Assembly: GCA_021741325.1 (NCBI GenBank)
Contig: JAIOYC010000001.1
Span: 3,906 to 67,905, forward strand
Source: Alphaproteobacteria bacterium
Lineage (GTDB): Bacteria; Pseudomonadota; Alphaproteobacteria; Micavibrionales; Micavibrionaceae
Direction: 5' to 3'
DNA length: 64,000 nt
Both the position numbers and the translations under genes were made by a program. Every line of letters begins with the position of its first letter. Position 1 is the stretch's first letter. Of the stretch, positions 1 to 8,458 are shown piece after piece. Under the pieces are notes generated by a model. That model had not been told where the DNA came from. It saw only the letters and a list, made by a program, of their open reading frames with translations, and made no database searches.

Positions 1-443
1 ACCGCCGGCAAAGCCCTGAGTGGGCGGATCTTTCCTTCGATCATGTGATTTGCAATCCTCCCTATATGGACGCGGGTGCGCACATGATTTCTCCTCATGA
101 GGCCAAAGCCGTGGCCCATGGCCATCAAGACAAAGGGGCCTCGATCAAGGACTGGCTCGATGCGGGTTATTACGCGCTGAAATCCGGGGGAAGCCTTACC
201 CTCATTCACCGGGCGGATCAGACCGATAAAATCGTGCGGGGGCTGGGCCAGCGGTTCGGTGCGGTGGAGATTATTCCGCTCTGGCCGCGCACGGGCGTTC
301 CCGCCAAACGGGTTATTATCCGCGCGATCAAACACCGGAAATCCCCCGCCCTGCTTCATCAGGGCCTTGTTTTGCACGGCGGTGATGGCGCCTACACGCC
401 GGAGGCTGAAAATATATTGCGCGGGGGCGCGGCGTTGCTGTAG
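1..443 (+). CDS. SAM-dependent N6-adenine-type methyltransferase (NPPY motif), 3' part; the 5' end lies left of the window
   Basis: The frame is open from base 3 (..SFDHVICNPPYMDAG..). It carries the NPPY catalytic tetrapeptide of N6-adenine/TrmN6-like methyltransferases. Stop codon at 441-443. Confidence 0.7.
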   Translation, partial: RRQSPEWADLSFDHVICNPPYMDAGAHMISPHEAKAVAHGHQDKGASIKDWLDAGYYALKSGGSLTLIHRADQTDKIVRGLGQRFGAVEIIPLWPRTGVPAKRVIIRAIKHRKSPALLHQGLVLHGGDGAYTPEAENILRGGAALL

Positions 444-453
444 GACTGGGCCC

Positions 454-1728
454 ATGAAAATCCTTCTTGTGGGCTCGGGCGGACGGGAACATGCGCTGGC
501 ATGGAAGCTGGCGCAATCGCCGTCTTGTGAAACGCTTTATTGCGCCCCCGGCAATCCGGGGATTGAATCGGTCGCCACCTGCGTGAAAATCGACGCGGAA
601 GATGTCGAGGGGCTGACTGCCTTTGCGGTGGCAAATAAAATAGACCTGGTGGTTGTGGGACCGGAAGGCCCTCTTGTGGCCGGACTGGCCAGCAGCATAG
701 CCGCCGCGGGTATTCCGGTTTTCGGTCCCAGCACCATGGCCGCGCAGCTGGAAGGCTCCAAAGCCTTCATGAAGGATCTCTGCGCGAAATACGGCATCCC
801 GACGGCCGCCTATGGCCGGTTTACCGATTTTGAAAAAGCCGCCGCCTTCATCGAAACCCGGACTCCGCCCATTGTGGTCAAGACGGACGGGCTGGCCGCC
901 GGGAAAGGCGTTTTGATCTGCATGACCCATAAAGAAGCCCGGGAAGCCGCGCAGGGGATGCTTTCCGGTCAAAGCTTCGGGAAATCCGGCACGGAGATCA
1001 TCATCGAGCAATTCCTGGACGGAGAAGAGCTGAGCTATTTCGCGCTGGCGGATGGAAAAACGGTTCTGCCCTTCGGATCCGCTCAAGACCATAAGCGGGC
1101 TTTCGACGGCGACAAAGGGCCCAACACCGGCGGCATGGGGGCTTATTCGCCAGCCCATATGATGAATGCGGAGCTGGAGGATAAAATCCTGGCCCGGATC
1201 ATCACCCCGACCGTCGAAGCGATGGCCCGCGAAGGAGCGCCGTTCACAGGCGTTTTGTTCGCCGGAATCATGGTGGTGAAAGGCGAGCCGCTTTTGATTG
1301 AATTCAACGCGCGCTTCGGGGATCCGGAATGTCAGACCCTCATGATGCGCCTGCAAAGCGATCTGGTGGAGATCCTGAACGCGGGTGCGCGCGGACATCT
1401 TGCCGAAATTAAAGATCAGGTCCGCTGGGCGCCGGACATCGCCTTGTGTGTCGTGATGGCCGCCAATGGTTATCCCGGAACGTATGTGAAAAACACGCCC
1501 ATTCAAAATCTGGACGAAGCCGCAAAGGCCAGGGACGCGATCATATTTCATGCCGGAACGGCGCGGAATGAAAAGGGAGAGATCATGAGCACGGGTGGGC
1601 GTGTTCTGGGTATAACGGCCCGTGGAAAAACCGTCGAGGATGCGCGCAAGGGGGCCTATGCGACGGCAGACATGATCGAATGGCCGGAGGGTTTTTACCG
1701 CCGGGATATCGGAGCGCGGGCACTTTGA
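454..1728 (+). CDS. purD: phosphoribosylamine--glycine ligase
   Basis: The internal ATG at 454 gives MKILLVGSGGREHALAWKL. ATP-grasp blocks GPNTGGMGAYSP and EFNARFGDPE are present. The longer track ORF from 259 is an upstream extension overlapping the previous gene. Confidence 0.95.
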   Translation: MKILLVGSGGREHALAWKLAQSPSCETLYCAPGNPGIESVATCVKIDAEDVEGLTAFAVANKIDLVVVGPEGPLVAGLASSIAAAGIPVFGPSTMAAQLEGSKAFMKDLCAKYGIPTAAYGRFTDFEKAAAFIETRTPPIVVKTDGLAAGKGVLICMTHKEAREAAQGMLSGQSFGKSGTEIIIEQFLDGEELSYFALADGKTVLPFGSAQDHKRAFDGDKGPNTGGMGAYSPAHMMNAELEDKILARIITPTVEAMAREGAPFTGVLFAGIMVVKGEPLLIEFNARFGDPECQTLMMRLQSDLVEILNAGARGHLAEIKDQVRWAPDIALCVVMAANGYPGTYVKNTPIQNLDEAAKARDAIIFHAGTARNEKGEIMSTGGRVLGITARGKTVEDARKGAYATADMIEWPEGFYRRDIGARAL

Positions 1729-1746
1729 ATTTCTAAGGGCCGGGCG

Positions 1747-2493
1747 TTACTGACCCAGGATATCATCAAAGACAGGAATATCTTCCACCAGAAGCTCTTC
1801 GTTCTCCAGCGTGACGAATCCTTCTTTTGTCACGTTCACGTCGCTTCGAAACAAAGAGTCCTTGAACATCATATGGGCGACCAGATGAAACGTTCCCGCA
1901 GAATCCATGGTCTTGAGCATGATCGGTTTTAAAATTTTCCCGATCGCCATGCGGGCCGCCGGCGGGGGTTCCTCTTTCCAGGCAATGTCATCCACATTCT
2001 CGGAAATGAGAAACCGGCCATGGCGTCCCCGCACATAGGTGAAGAAAAACCGGACATACTCGCCGACATTTTCTTCCTCAAGCCGGAGAGGGGCCGTTTT
2101 GTTCAGCGCATACACAGGAACATTCGTGAAATCCAAAACAATGGCTTTTCCAGGCTTGCGAACGGCATAACAAGACAGGGTGGATCCTGGCGCGGTGGAA
2201 GAGACTTCAAAAAATGAAAATCCGGGATAAAAAGGGATGTCGACGCTGAGGATCTCCGTTTCCACGGGATCGAATGAAAATCCGGAGAGAGCAGAATTCA
2301 CATCTTCCAGAACGGCGGCAATCTGAGACAGATCCAACCTTTGATAAGCATCTCTGAACATGAAAATCCATACTAAGACAAACATTATCCGCCCGGTCGA
2401 GCGCCCGGTTCCGGAGCCTATCACGTTCTGATAACCCTGTGGAAGAATCGAGGTGAGAATCGGAGAATAAATCCGGGATAACATTATCCGCAT
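1747..2493 (-). CDS. hypothetical protein, start uncertain (alternative ATGs at 2385 and 2361)
   Basis: Long ORF convergent with purD. I recognise no motif. No candidate start has a convincing SD. Confidence 0.5.
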   Translation of the reverse strand: MRIMLSRIYSPILTSILPQGYQNVIGSGTGRSTGRIMFVLVWIFMFRDAYQRLDLSQIAAVLEDVNSALSGFSFDPVETEILSVDIPFYPGFSFFEVSSTAPGSTLSCYAVRKPGKAIVLDFTNVPVYALNKTAPLRLEEENVGEYVRFFFTYVRGRHGRFLISENVDDIAWKEEPPPAARMAIGKILKPIMLKTMDSAGTFHLVAHMMFKDSLFRSDVNVTKEGFVTLENEELLVEDIPVFDDILGQ

Positions 2494-2709
2494 TTAAAAA
2501 GAAAACGAGAGCGATTCGCCCACCTGTAGAAAAGTAAAAAACGGATCTTTGTATAAAAGGGATCAAAGAAAGCGAATCGCGAGGCTTTCAGGAAGGAGAG
2601 ATGATTTCTTCTGTGTGCTGAATCAGGGATAAAACATATACCCGTGACTCACAGGCCCTACTATCTAAATAAACCTTCTTAAATAAGAATAAAGAAGTAC
2701 TATCTGAGC

Positions 2710-3756
2710 ATGGCTGGAAGCGTACATGAAAAACCAATTCTTCAAACCCTGAGGGGACGGAAGACGGAGTCTATTCCCTTCTGGCTGATGCGCCAGGCGG
2801 GTCGCTATCTGCCGGAATACCGTGCAGTGCGCGCCTCCAAAAACGGATTTTTAGATATGGCGTTCGATCCGTCTTCCGCTGCTGAAATAACGATGCAGCC
2901 GGTGAGAAGGTTCCGCATGGACGGCGCGATTATTTTTTCCGATATTCTCGTCATCCCCTGGGCGCTGGGACAAAATCTTGAATTTCTGGAAGGCGAAGGG
3001 CCAAGGCTTGGGGAGTTAAATCCTGGAAAACTCGAAATGCGGGATCTGGAGGAAAAGCTCTCTCCGGTGTTCGAAGCGCTCTCCCGTACGCGGGATTGCC
3101 TCGCGGCGGAAGGTTACGATCGTACGGCCCTGATCGGATTTGCGGGCGCGCCCTGGACGGTGGTGACCTACATGGTCGAAGGCGGGGGAAGCAAGGATTT
3201 TGCGAAGGTCAAAACCATGGCCTACGCGCAGCCGGAAAATTTTGCGCGGCTGATGGATATTCTGGTGGAATCGACCGCGATGTATCTTATCGCGCAGGTT
3301 CGGGCCGGCGCGGAAATTCTTCAGATTTTCGACACATGGGCCGGAGCCTTGGACCCGCACGGGTTCCAGCATCAGGTGATCGAGCCCACGCGAAAAATCG
3401 TGGAGCGCGTGAAAGCGGCGCACCCGGACATTCCCATCATCGGTTTTCCGCGCGGAGCCGCGATGCATTATCCGGCTTACGTGGCGCAGACGGGTGTGGA
3501 CGCCGTGGGTCTGGACGGGCTGGTCTGCACGAAATGGGCGGCGGCGCATCTGCAGACGAAATGTCCGGTGCAGGGCAATCTTGATCCCATGCGGCTTCTG
3601 GCCGGTGGGGAAGGACTGGAAAAAGCAGCGCGGAAGATTCTGCGGGATTTTTCGGGCGGGGCACATATTTTCAATCTCGGCCACGGCATTCACAAGGACA
3701 CGCCCCCGGCGCATGTGGAGCGTCTGGCGGAGATCATCCGGGAGTTTCCGGCATGA
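2710..3756 (+). CDS. hemE: uroporphyrinogen decarboxylase
   Basis: IPFWLMRQAGRYLPEYRAVR signature, 348 aa, 4-nt overlap with the following hemH. Confidence 0.95.
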   Translation: MAGSVHEKPILQTLRGRKTESIPFWLMRQAGRYLPEYRAVRASKNGFLDMAFDPSSAAEITMQPVRRFRMDGAIIFSDILVIPWALGQNLEFLEGEGPRLGELNPGKLEMRDLEEKLSPVFEALSRTRDCLAAEGYDRTALIGFAGAPWTVVTYMVEGGGSKDFAKVKTMAYAQPENFARLMDILVESTAMYLIAQVRAGAEILQIFDTWAGALDPHGFQHQVIEPTRKIVERVKAAHPDIPIIGFPRGAAMHYPAYVAQTGVDAVGLDGLVCTKWAAAHLQTKCPVQGNLDPMRLLAGGEGLEKAARKILRDFSGGAHIFNLGHGIHKDTPPAHVERLAEIIREFPA

Positions 3757-4811
3757 GTGAAAAAATCGCCGTGGTGCTGTTCAATCTGGGCGGCCCGGAT
3801 TCGAGGGAGGCTATTCGTCCGTTCCTGATGAATTTCTTCATGGATAAAAACATCATCCGTCTGCCCCTGATTTTTCGTTTTCTTCTGGCGTGGCTTATCA
3901 GCCGACGGCGCAGCCGCAAGGAAGCCGGCGTGAGCTATGGAGAGCTGGGCGGGAAATCGCCTCTGCTGGAGAACACACAGGCACAGGCGAGCGCGCTGGA
4001 AGACAGGCTCAATCTTTCGGGACAAACATTCAAGGTTTTCGTCTCCATGCGCTATTGGCATCCCATGGCGAAGGAAACCCTCCGCGCCGTAGGGGATTGG
4101 GAGGCCGATAAAATTATCCTCCTGCCGCTCTACCCTCAATTTTCAACCACGACGACAAAATCATCTTTGGGCGTATGGGCCAGAGAAATCCGGAAGTCGG
4201 GATTTAAAAAACCGACCAGTATGATTTGCTGCTATCCGGACAATGAGGGTTTTATCCGCGCCTCGGCGGAGAATATTCGGGCGCAGTATGACCGGGCGGT
4301 GAAAGACGGACATGCGGCGCCCCGGCTTTTGCTCTCCGCGCACGGTCTGCCGGAAAGCGTCATCACCGACGGCGATCCGTATCAGTGGCAATGCGAATAC
4401 ACGGCGGCGGCTATCATACAAAAGCTCGGTATTGAGGATCTGGACTGGATTGTTTGTTACCAGAGCCGCGTCGGGCCGATGAAATGGATCGGGCCTTCTA
4501 CGGAAGATGAAATCCGGCGCGCGGCGACGGAGGGGAAGGCCGTGGTGATCTATCCCCATGCCTTCACGCAGGAGCATGTGGAAACGCTGGTGGAGCTGGA
4601 CATCGAATATAAACATTTGGCGCAGGAGATCGGCATTCCGGGCTATTACCGTGCGCAGACTGCGGGGACGCATCCGGATTTTATCGAGGGGCTGGCCGGG
4701 ATGGTGCGGGATCATCTGGAACAGGGCGGTATTTCTGCCGAAAAAACGAAACGCCTCTGTCCGGGACAGTTCAAGCGGTGCTGCCAGGAAGATGGCCGGA
4801 TGGATTTTTAA
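3753..4811 (+). CDS. hemH: ferrochelatase
   Basis: VVLFNLGGPDS N-terminus and LLSAHGLPES motif, 352 aa, ATGA overlap with hemE. Confidence 0.93.
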   Translation: MSEKIAVVLFNLGGPDSREAIRPFLMNFFMDKNIIRLPLIFRFLLAWLISRRRSRKEAGVSYGELGGKSPLLENTQAQASALEDRLNLSGQTFKVFVSMRYWHPMAKETLRAVGDWEADKIILLPLYPQFSTTTTKSSLGVWAREIRKSGFKKPTSMICCYPDNEGFIRASAENIRAQYDRAVKDGHAAPRLLLSAHGLPESVITDGDPYQWQCEYTAAAIIQKLGIEDLDWIVCYQSRVGPMKWIGPSTEDEIRRAATEGKAVVIYPHAFTQEHVETLVELDIEYKHLAQEIGIPGYYRAQTAGTHPDFIEGLAGMVRDHLEQGGISAEKTKRLCPGQFKRCCQEDGRMDF

Positions 4812-4877
4812 GATTTGACGAAAACACAGAAGTGTAATAGGCATGGGGTCGTGATTTTCTAATCCGAGGATGCGCTG

Positions 4878-5423
4878 ATGAGTAAAAACATAGAGGAAAT
4901 GGCCCAGAGCGGGCTTGCTTATCTTCTGAACTTAAAGAAGAAAAGATATAAAGAAGAGATCAATATTTACCAAGGTGAAGGCGAGGAAAGATTAAATTTC
5001 GGCGGGACGAGAAAAACCCTGGAGTTGGAAAGCGCGATGGCCCGGGGGGCCGGAAAATCGTCCTACTGGGATCTGAAGGAGCCTTTTGTGGATGCGGCTT
5101 TGAGCACAAAGCGTCCCGGCACGAAAGTCGCCTGCGAATATCTTCAAAAAGATATGGCCTGGAAGCATTGGTTTGAAGAAATTCAAGAATCCCTTCAGGC
5201 GGAGGTCGGCGTACCGACCGCGCCGGACGTCAAGGAGGCTTTCCGGCAGATGTGCCTGAAGGCGCGGCAAGGGGGCATATCCACAAGCCACAGTTACAAT
5301 GCGCACGAGGGGACGTTCATGCACTGGATTTATCTCGATGGGGACAAGCATGAAAATATGCCGCCGGATGAAAATCTAAGAACCGGTACGCCCTATCCTT
5401 TTTTTCCCGGCTGGCAGGTTTAA
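4878..5423 (+). CDS. orphan protein, paralog A of a three-member tandem family
   Basis: GAGGA SD about 9 nt upstream. The N-terminal IEEMAQSGLAYL and C-terminal VKEAFRQMCLKARQGGISTSHSY blocks are shared with the ORFs at 5516 and 5956. Confidence 0.7.
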   Translation: MSKNIEEMAQSGLAYLLNLKKKRYKEEINIYQGEGEERLNFGGTRKTLELESAMARGAGKSSYWDLKEPFVDAALSTKRPGTKVACEYLQKDMAWKHWFEEIQESLQAEVGVPTAPDVKEAFRQMCLKARQGGISTSHSYNAHEGTFMHWIYLDGDKHENMPPDENLRTGTPYPFFPGWQV

Positions 5424-5451
5424 TTTTTTGATAGGATCGCAAGAATAAAAT

Positions 5452-5480
5452 TTGACAGAAGATTTTTCCTTCAATAAAAA
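5452..5480 (+). promoter_or_regulatory. sigma70-like promoter of paralog B (TTGACA-N17-TAAAAA)
   Basis: aaaTTGACAgaagatttttccttcaaTAAAAAgg. It has nearly the same architecture and flanks as the element at 5891-5919. Confidence 0.5.
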
Positions 5481-5515
5481 GGATCATTCGTATTCCCTAA
5501 AAGAAAGAGATGCCT

Positions 5516-5824
5516 ATGAGCAGCATAGAGGAGATGTCCCAGCGGGGACTGGATTTTTTAAGAAATGTTCCGGCTCCTTCGGAAGATGGAAAAAGCGCGT
5601 TTTGGGCGGATTTTGAACAAAAGTCAGATGGAAGCATACGCACTAGCGCTGATGCATCCATGTTAGGAAATGCAATGCGGGGCGAGGATCAAAGCACTCT
5701 GCCCGAGGACTTTAAAAAAGCCGTGGACAAGGTTTATCACGAATCCAGAAAACTCGGTTTCTGGACGTCATACTCGCCCGACGGCCCATGGAACCGGGGC
5801 ATCACAAATTGCAACGTCTATTGA
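5516..5824 (+). CDS. orphan protein, paralog B of the tandem family (alternative ATG at 5510)
   Basis: MSSIEEMSQRGLDFL.. and FKKAVDKVYHESRKLGFWTSYS align with paralogs A and C. The DNA start atgagcag matches paralog C. Confidence 0.7.
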   Translation: MSSIEEMSQRGLDFLRNVPAPSEDGKSAFWADFEQKSDGSIRTSADASMLGNAMRGEDQSTLPEDFKKAVDKVYHESRKLGFWTSYSPDGPWNRGITNCNVY

Positions 5825-5890
5825 TGAAATAATAGTACACCGGCTCCTTTTTCTCCGGCGTGGTGGATGCATATTTTTCTATATATCAAA

Positions 5891-5919
5891 TTGACAGAAA
5901 AGGTATTTTTCAATAGATA
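5891..5919 (+). promoter_or_regulatory. sigma70-like promoter of paralog C (TTGACA-N17-TAGATA)
   Basis: caaaTTGACAgaaaaggtatttttcaaTAGATAagg. It shares AAATTGACAGAA...TTTT.CAATA.A.AAGG with the element at 5452-5480. Confidence 0.5.
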
Positions 5920-5955
5920 AGGCGTTAAAATATCCCATGGAAGAGGAGTAAATTC

Positions 5956-6324
5956 ATGAGCAGAGGCGATAAAATGTTCCAGCGGGGCGTTGATTTTCTT
6001 GAAAAGGCAGTCAACCCGGAACCCCAGAGCCCCGCAGAGGCCTTCTATGCCGGCTTTACGCGGAATATGCAGGAGAAGGGCTCCCCTCTTGTTCCGTCGG
6101 ATTCGCATGCCAATACGTTGAAGGGAGCCATGCGCGCCAAATTCGAAAGATTGCCGCCGCAAGATTTTCGGGAGGCTTTTAAACAAATCTGTGTTAAAGC
6201 CAGAATGATCGGCCTTAAAACGATGCACTCATACGACGAACGGAACGAAGTCTGGGATCATGCGATTCTCAATCTTTCTCGCAGCGAAAATGTCCCCTCG
6301 GACCGGATTCCGGGGCTCGATTGA
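5956..6324 (+). CDS. orphan protein, paralog C of the tandem family
   Basis: AGGAG SD 8 nt upstream. MFQRGVDFL and FREAFKQICVKARMIGLKTMHSY blocks are shared with paralogs A and B. Confidence 0.7.
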   Translation: MSRGDKMFQRGVDFLEKAVNPEPQSPAEAFYAGFTRNMQEKGSPLVPSDSHANTLKGAMRAKFERLPPQDFREAFKQICVKARMIGLKTMHSYDERNEVWDHAILNLSRSENVPSDRIPGLD

Positions 6325-6338
6325 CGGGCAGCGATCAT

Positions 6339-6785
6339 ATGCCTGAATTCCTCCTCCTCCACTACGACTGGCTCCGGGCTCTGCACATCATCGCGGTGAT
6401 GTCGTGGATGGCCGGGATGCTGTATTTGCCCCGCCTGTTCGTCTATCACGCCGGAGCGGCGAAGGGCTCGGAAAGCTCGGAGACCTTCAAGATCATGGGG
6501 CGCAGGCTCCTGAAGATCATCATGAATCGGGCCATGGCGGGCGCCTGGGTGTTCGGGGGGCTGATGCTGTGGGCCAATCCCGCCCTTCTTCAGGCGCCGT
6601 GGATGCACGGAAAGCTCGCGGCGGTGCTGATCATGACGGGGCTTCATCACGGGTTGGGCATGTACGTAAAGAAATTCGCGCGGGACGCCAACACACGTAC
6701 ACAAAAATTCTATAGAATTCTCAATGAGATACCGGCTTTTTTGATGGCGGTGATTGTTATTCTGGCCGTGGCGGAGCCTTTTTAG
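6339..6785 (+). CDS. hemJ: protoporphyrinogen IX oxidase, HemJ type (UPF0093/CopD-like membrane protein)
   Basis: LRALHIIAVMSWMAGMLYLPRLFVYH and GKLAAVLIMTGLHH blocks, about 4 TM segments, about 148 aa. It sits in heme-gene context directly upstream of rho. Confidence 0.85.
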   Translation: MPEFLLLHYDWLRALHIIAVMSWMAGMLYLPRLFVYHAGAAKGSESSETFKIMGRRLLKIIMNRAMAGAWVFGGLMLWANPALLQAPWMHGKLAAVLIMTGLHHGLGMYVKKFARDANTRTQKFYRILNEIPAFLMAVIVILAVAEPF

Positions 6786-6804
6786 GCCCGTCCTTGAAAA
6801 GCGC

Positions 6805-7032
6805 TTGACTCGGGGAAATGCTTGGCTTAAGAATGGACTCGTCTTTGTTATAAATCCGTAAAATCGAAATGATTTACACCGCTGGCAAGACAGCGTGATT
6901 TGGAAAGTTTATTTTCCGGTCTTAGCAGCGCGGCGGTTTTTACGGCACAAAGCCTTGACCCCTTTTATTTTTTAACCCCTTTGGACCGTTAGAAAACCGT
7001 ATCTCAACTCCCTCTCCCCGAATGGACACCCC
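6805..7032 (+). promoter_or_regulatory. putative rho promoter (TTGACT-N17-TAAGAA at 6805-6833) plus a leader of about 195 nt
   Basis: cTTGACTcggggaaatgcttggctTAAGAAtgg. The leader ends in a C-rich, G-poor tract (ctcaactccctctccccgaatggacacccc). Confidence 0.4.
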
Positions 7033-8289
7033 ATGAATTTACAGGAACTCAAAATGCGCTCGCCCGCGGAACTTCTCGCTTTTGCGGAGGAGCTGGGCAT
7101 AGAGAACTGCAGCACGATGCGCAAGCAGGAGATGATGTTCGCCATTCTCAAGCAGCTGGCCGAACAGGACGTGCCCATCTCCGGCGTGGGCGTGCTGGAA
7201 GTGCTTCAGGACGGGTTTGGATTTTTGCGCTCGCCCGAGGAGAATTACCTGCCCGGTCCCGACGATATTTATATCTCACCCTCGCAGGTGCGGCGTTTCG
7301 GGCTGCGCACGGGGGACATCGTGGAAGGCGGTATTCGCGCACCGAAGGATTCCGAGCGCTATTTCGCGCTTTTGAAGGTCAACACCATCAGCAGCGAAGT
7401 GCCTGAGAAGATCCGCCACAGGATCAATTTCGACAATTTGACGCCGCTTTACCCGGACCGGAAAATCAAGCTGGAGATCGAAGATCCCACAAAGAAAATG
7501 TATCTCCAGCGGGTCATCGAGCTGACCTCGCCGCTCGGTTTCGGCCAGCGCGCGCTCATCGTCGCGCCGCCGCGCACCGGAAAGACCGTGATGCTGCAGC
7601 AGATCGCCCATTCGATCGCCGCCAACCATCCGGAAGCGTATCTGATCGTTCTGCTCATCGACGAGCGGCCCGAGGAGGTGACAGACATGGCGCGCTCCGT
7701 CAGGGGCGAAGTGATTTCCTCCACCTTCGACGAGCCGGCCTCCCGGCACGTACAGGTGGCCGAGATGGTCATGGAAAAAGCCAAGCGTCTGGTCGAACAA
7801 AAGCGCGACGTCATTATCCTGCTGGATTCCATCACGCGTCTTGCGCGCGCCTACAACACGGTCGTTCCCTCCTCCGGGAAGGTTCTGACGGGCGGTGTGG
7901 ACGCCAACGCTCTCCAGCGGCCCAAGCGTTTCTTCGGCGCGGCCCGGAACATCGAACAGGGCGGCTCGCTCACGATCATCGCCACGGCGCTGATCGACAC
8001 GGGCTCGCGGATGGACGAGGTGATCTTCGAGGAATTCAAGGGCACCGGGAATTCGGAAATCGTTCTGGACCGCAAGATCGCGGACAAGCGCGTCTTCCCG
8101 GCCATCGATATCCAGAAATCCGGCACGCGGAAGGAAGAGCTGCTGGTCAGCAAGGACGTCCTGCAGAAAATGTGGGTCCTGCGCCGGATTCTCAATCCGA
8201 TGGGCACCGTGGACGCGGTGGAGTTCCTGCTCGACAAGATGAAGACCTCGAAGAACAACGACGATTTCTTCACGGGAATGAATCAGTAG
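7033..8289 (+). CDS. rho: transcription termination factor Rho
   Basis: 418 aa, Walker [29 protein letters not shown]-terminal RNA-binding domain. Confidence 0.97.
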   Translation: MNLQELKMRSPAELLAFAEELGIENCSTMRKQEMMFAILKQLAEQDVPISGVGVLEVLQDGFGFLRSPEENYLPGPDDIYISPSQVRRFGLRTGDIVEGGIRAPKDSERYFALLKVNTISSEVPEKIRHRINFDNLTPLYPDRKIKLEIEDPTKKMYLQRVIELTSPLGFGQRALIVAPPRTGKTVMLQQIAHSIAANHPEAYLIVLLIDERPEEVTDMARSVRGEVISSTFDEPASRHVQVAEMVMEKAKRLVEQKRDVIILLDSITRLARAYNTVVPSSGKVLTGGVDANALQRPKRFFGAARNIEQGGSLTIIATALIDTGSRMDEVIFEEFKGTGNSEIVLDRKIADKRVFPAIDIQKSGTRKEELLVSKDVLQKMWVLRRILNPMGTVDAVEFLLDKMKTSKNNDDFFTGMNQ

Positions 8290-8458
8290 AGGAATTGTTG
8301 GCGAAAATGCTCCGCAAGCCTTTTTCGGAAGGGCTCAGGCGTTTCCTCTGTCAGCCCAGAAGCGATCTTATATAAAATACTTGCCAGCCGTAATTTATTA
8401 AGGTACAGGTCTGCCTCTGTCGTAGAATAGACGTATTCGAACAATTAGAGGATGGCCC

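Noticed and set aside
328-1551. Long antisense ORFs opposite well-supported genes: 328-1551(-), 3016-3714(-), 19552-20562(-), 22506-23210(+), 24377-25174(-), 30878-31825(-), 42930-44150(-), 52015-53268(-), 61241-62161(-)
   Set aside because: Each lies entirely within a gene carrying clear family motifs on the other strand. Their translations are Arg/Gly/Pro-rich or F/L-rich low-complexity 'shadow' sequence typical of GC-rich or coiled-coil coding DNA. None has an SD or a recognisable domain.
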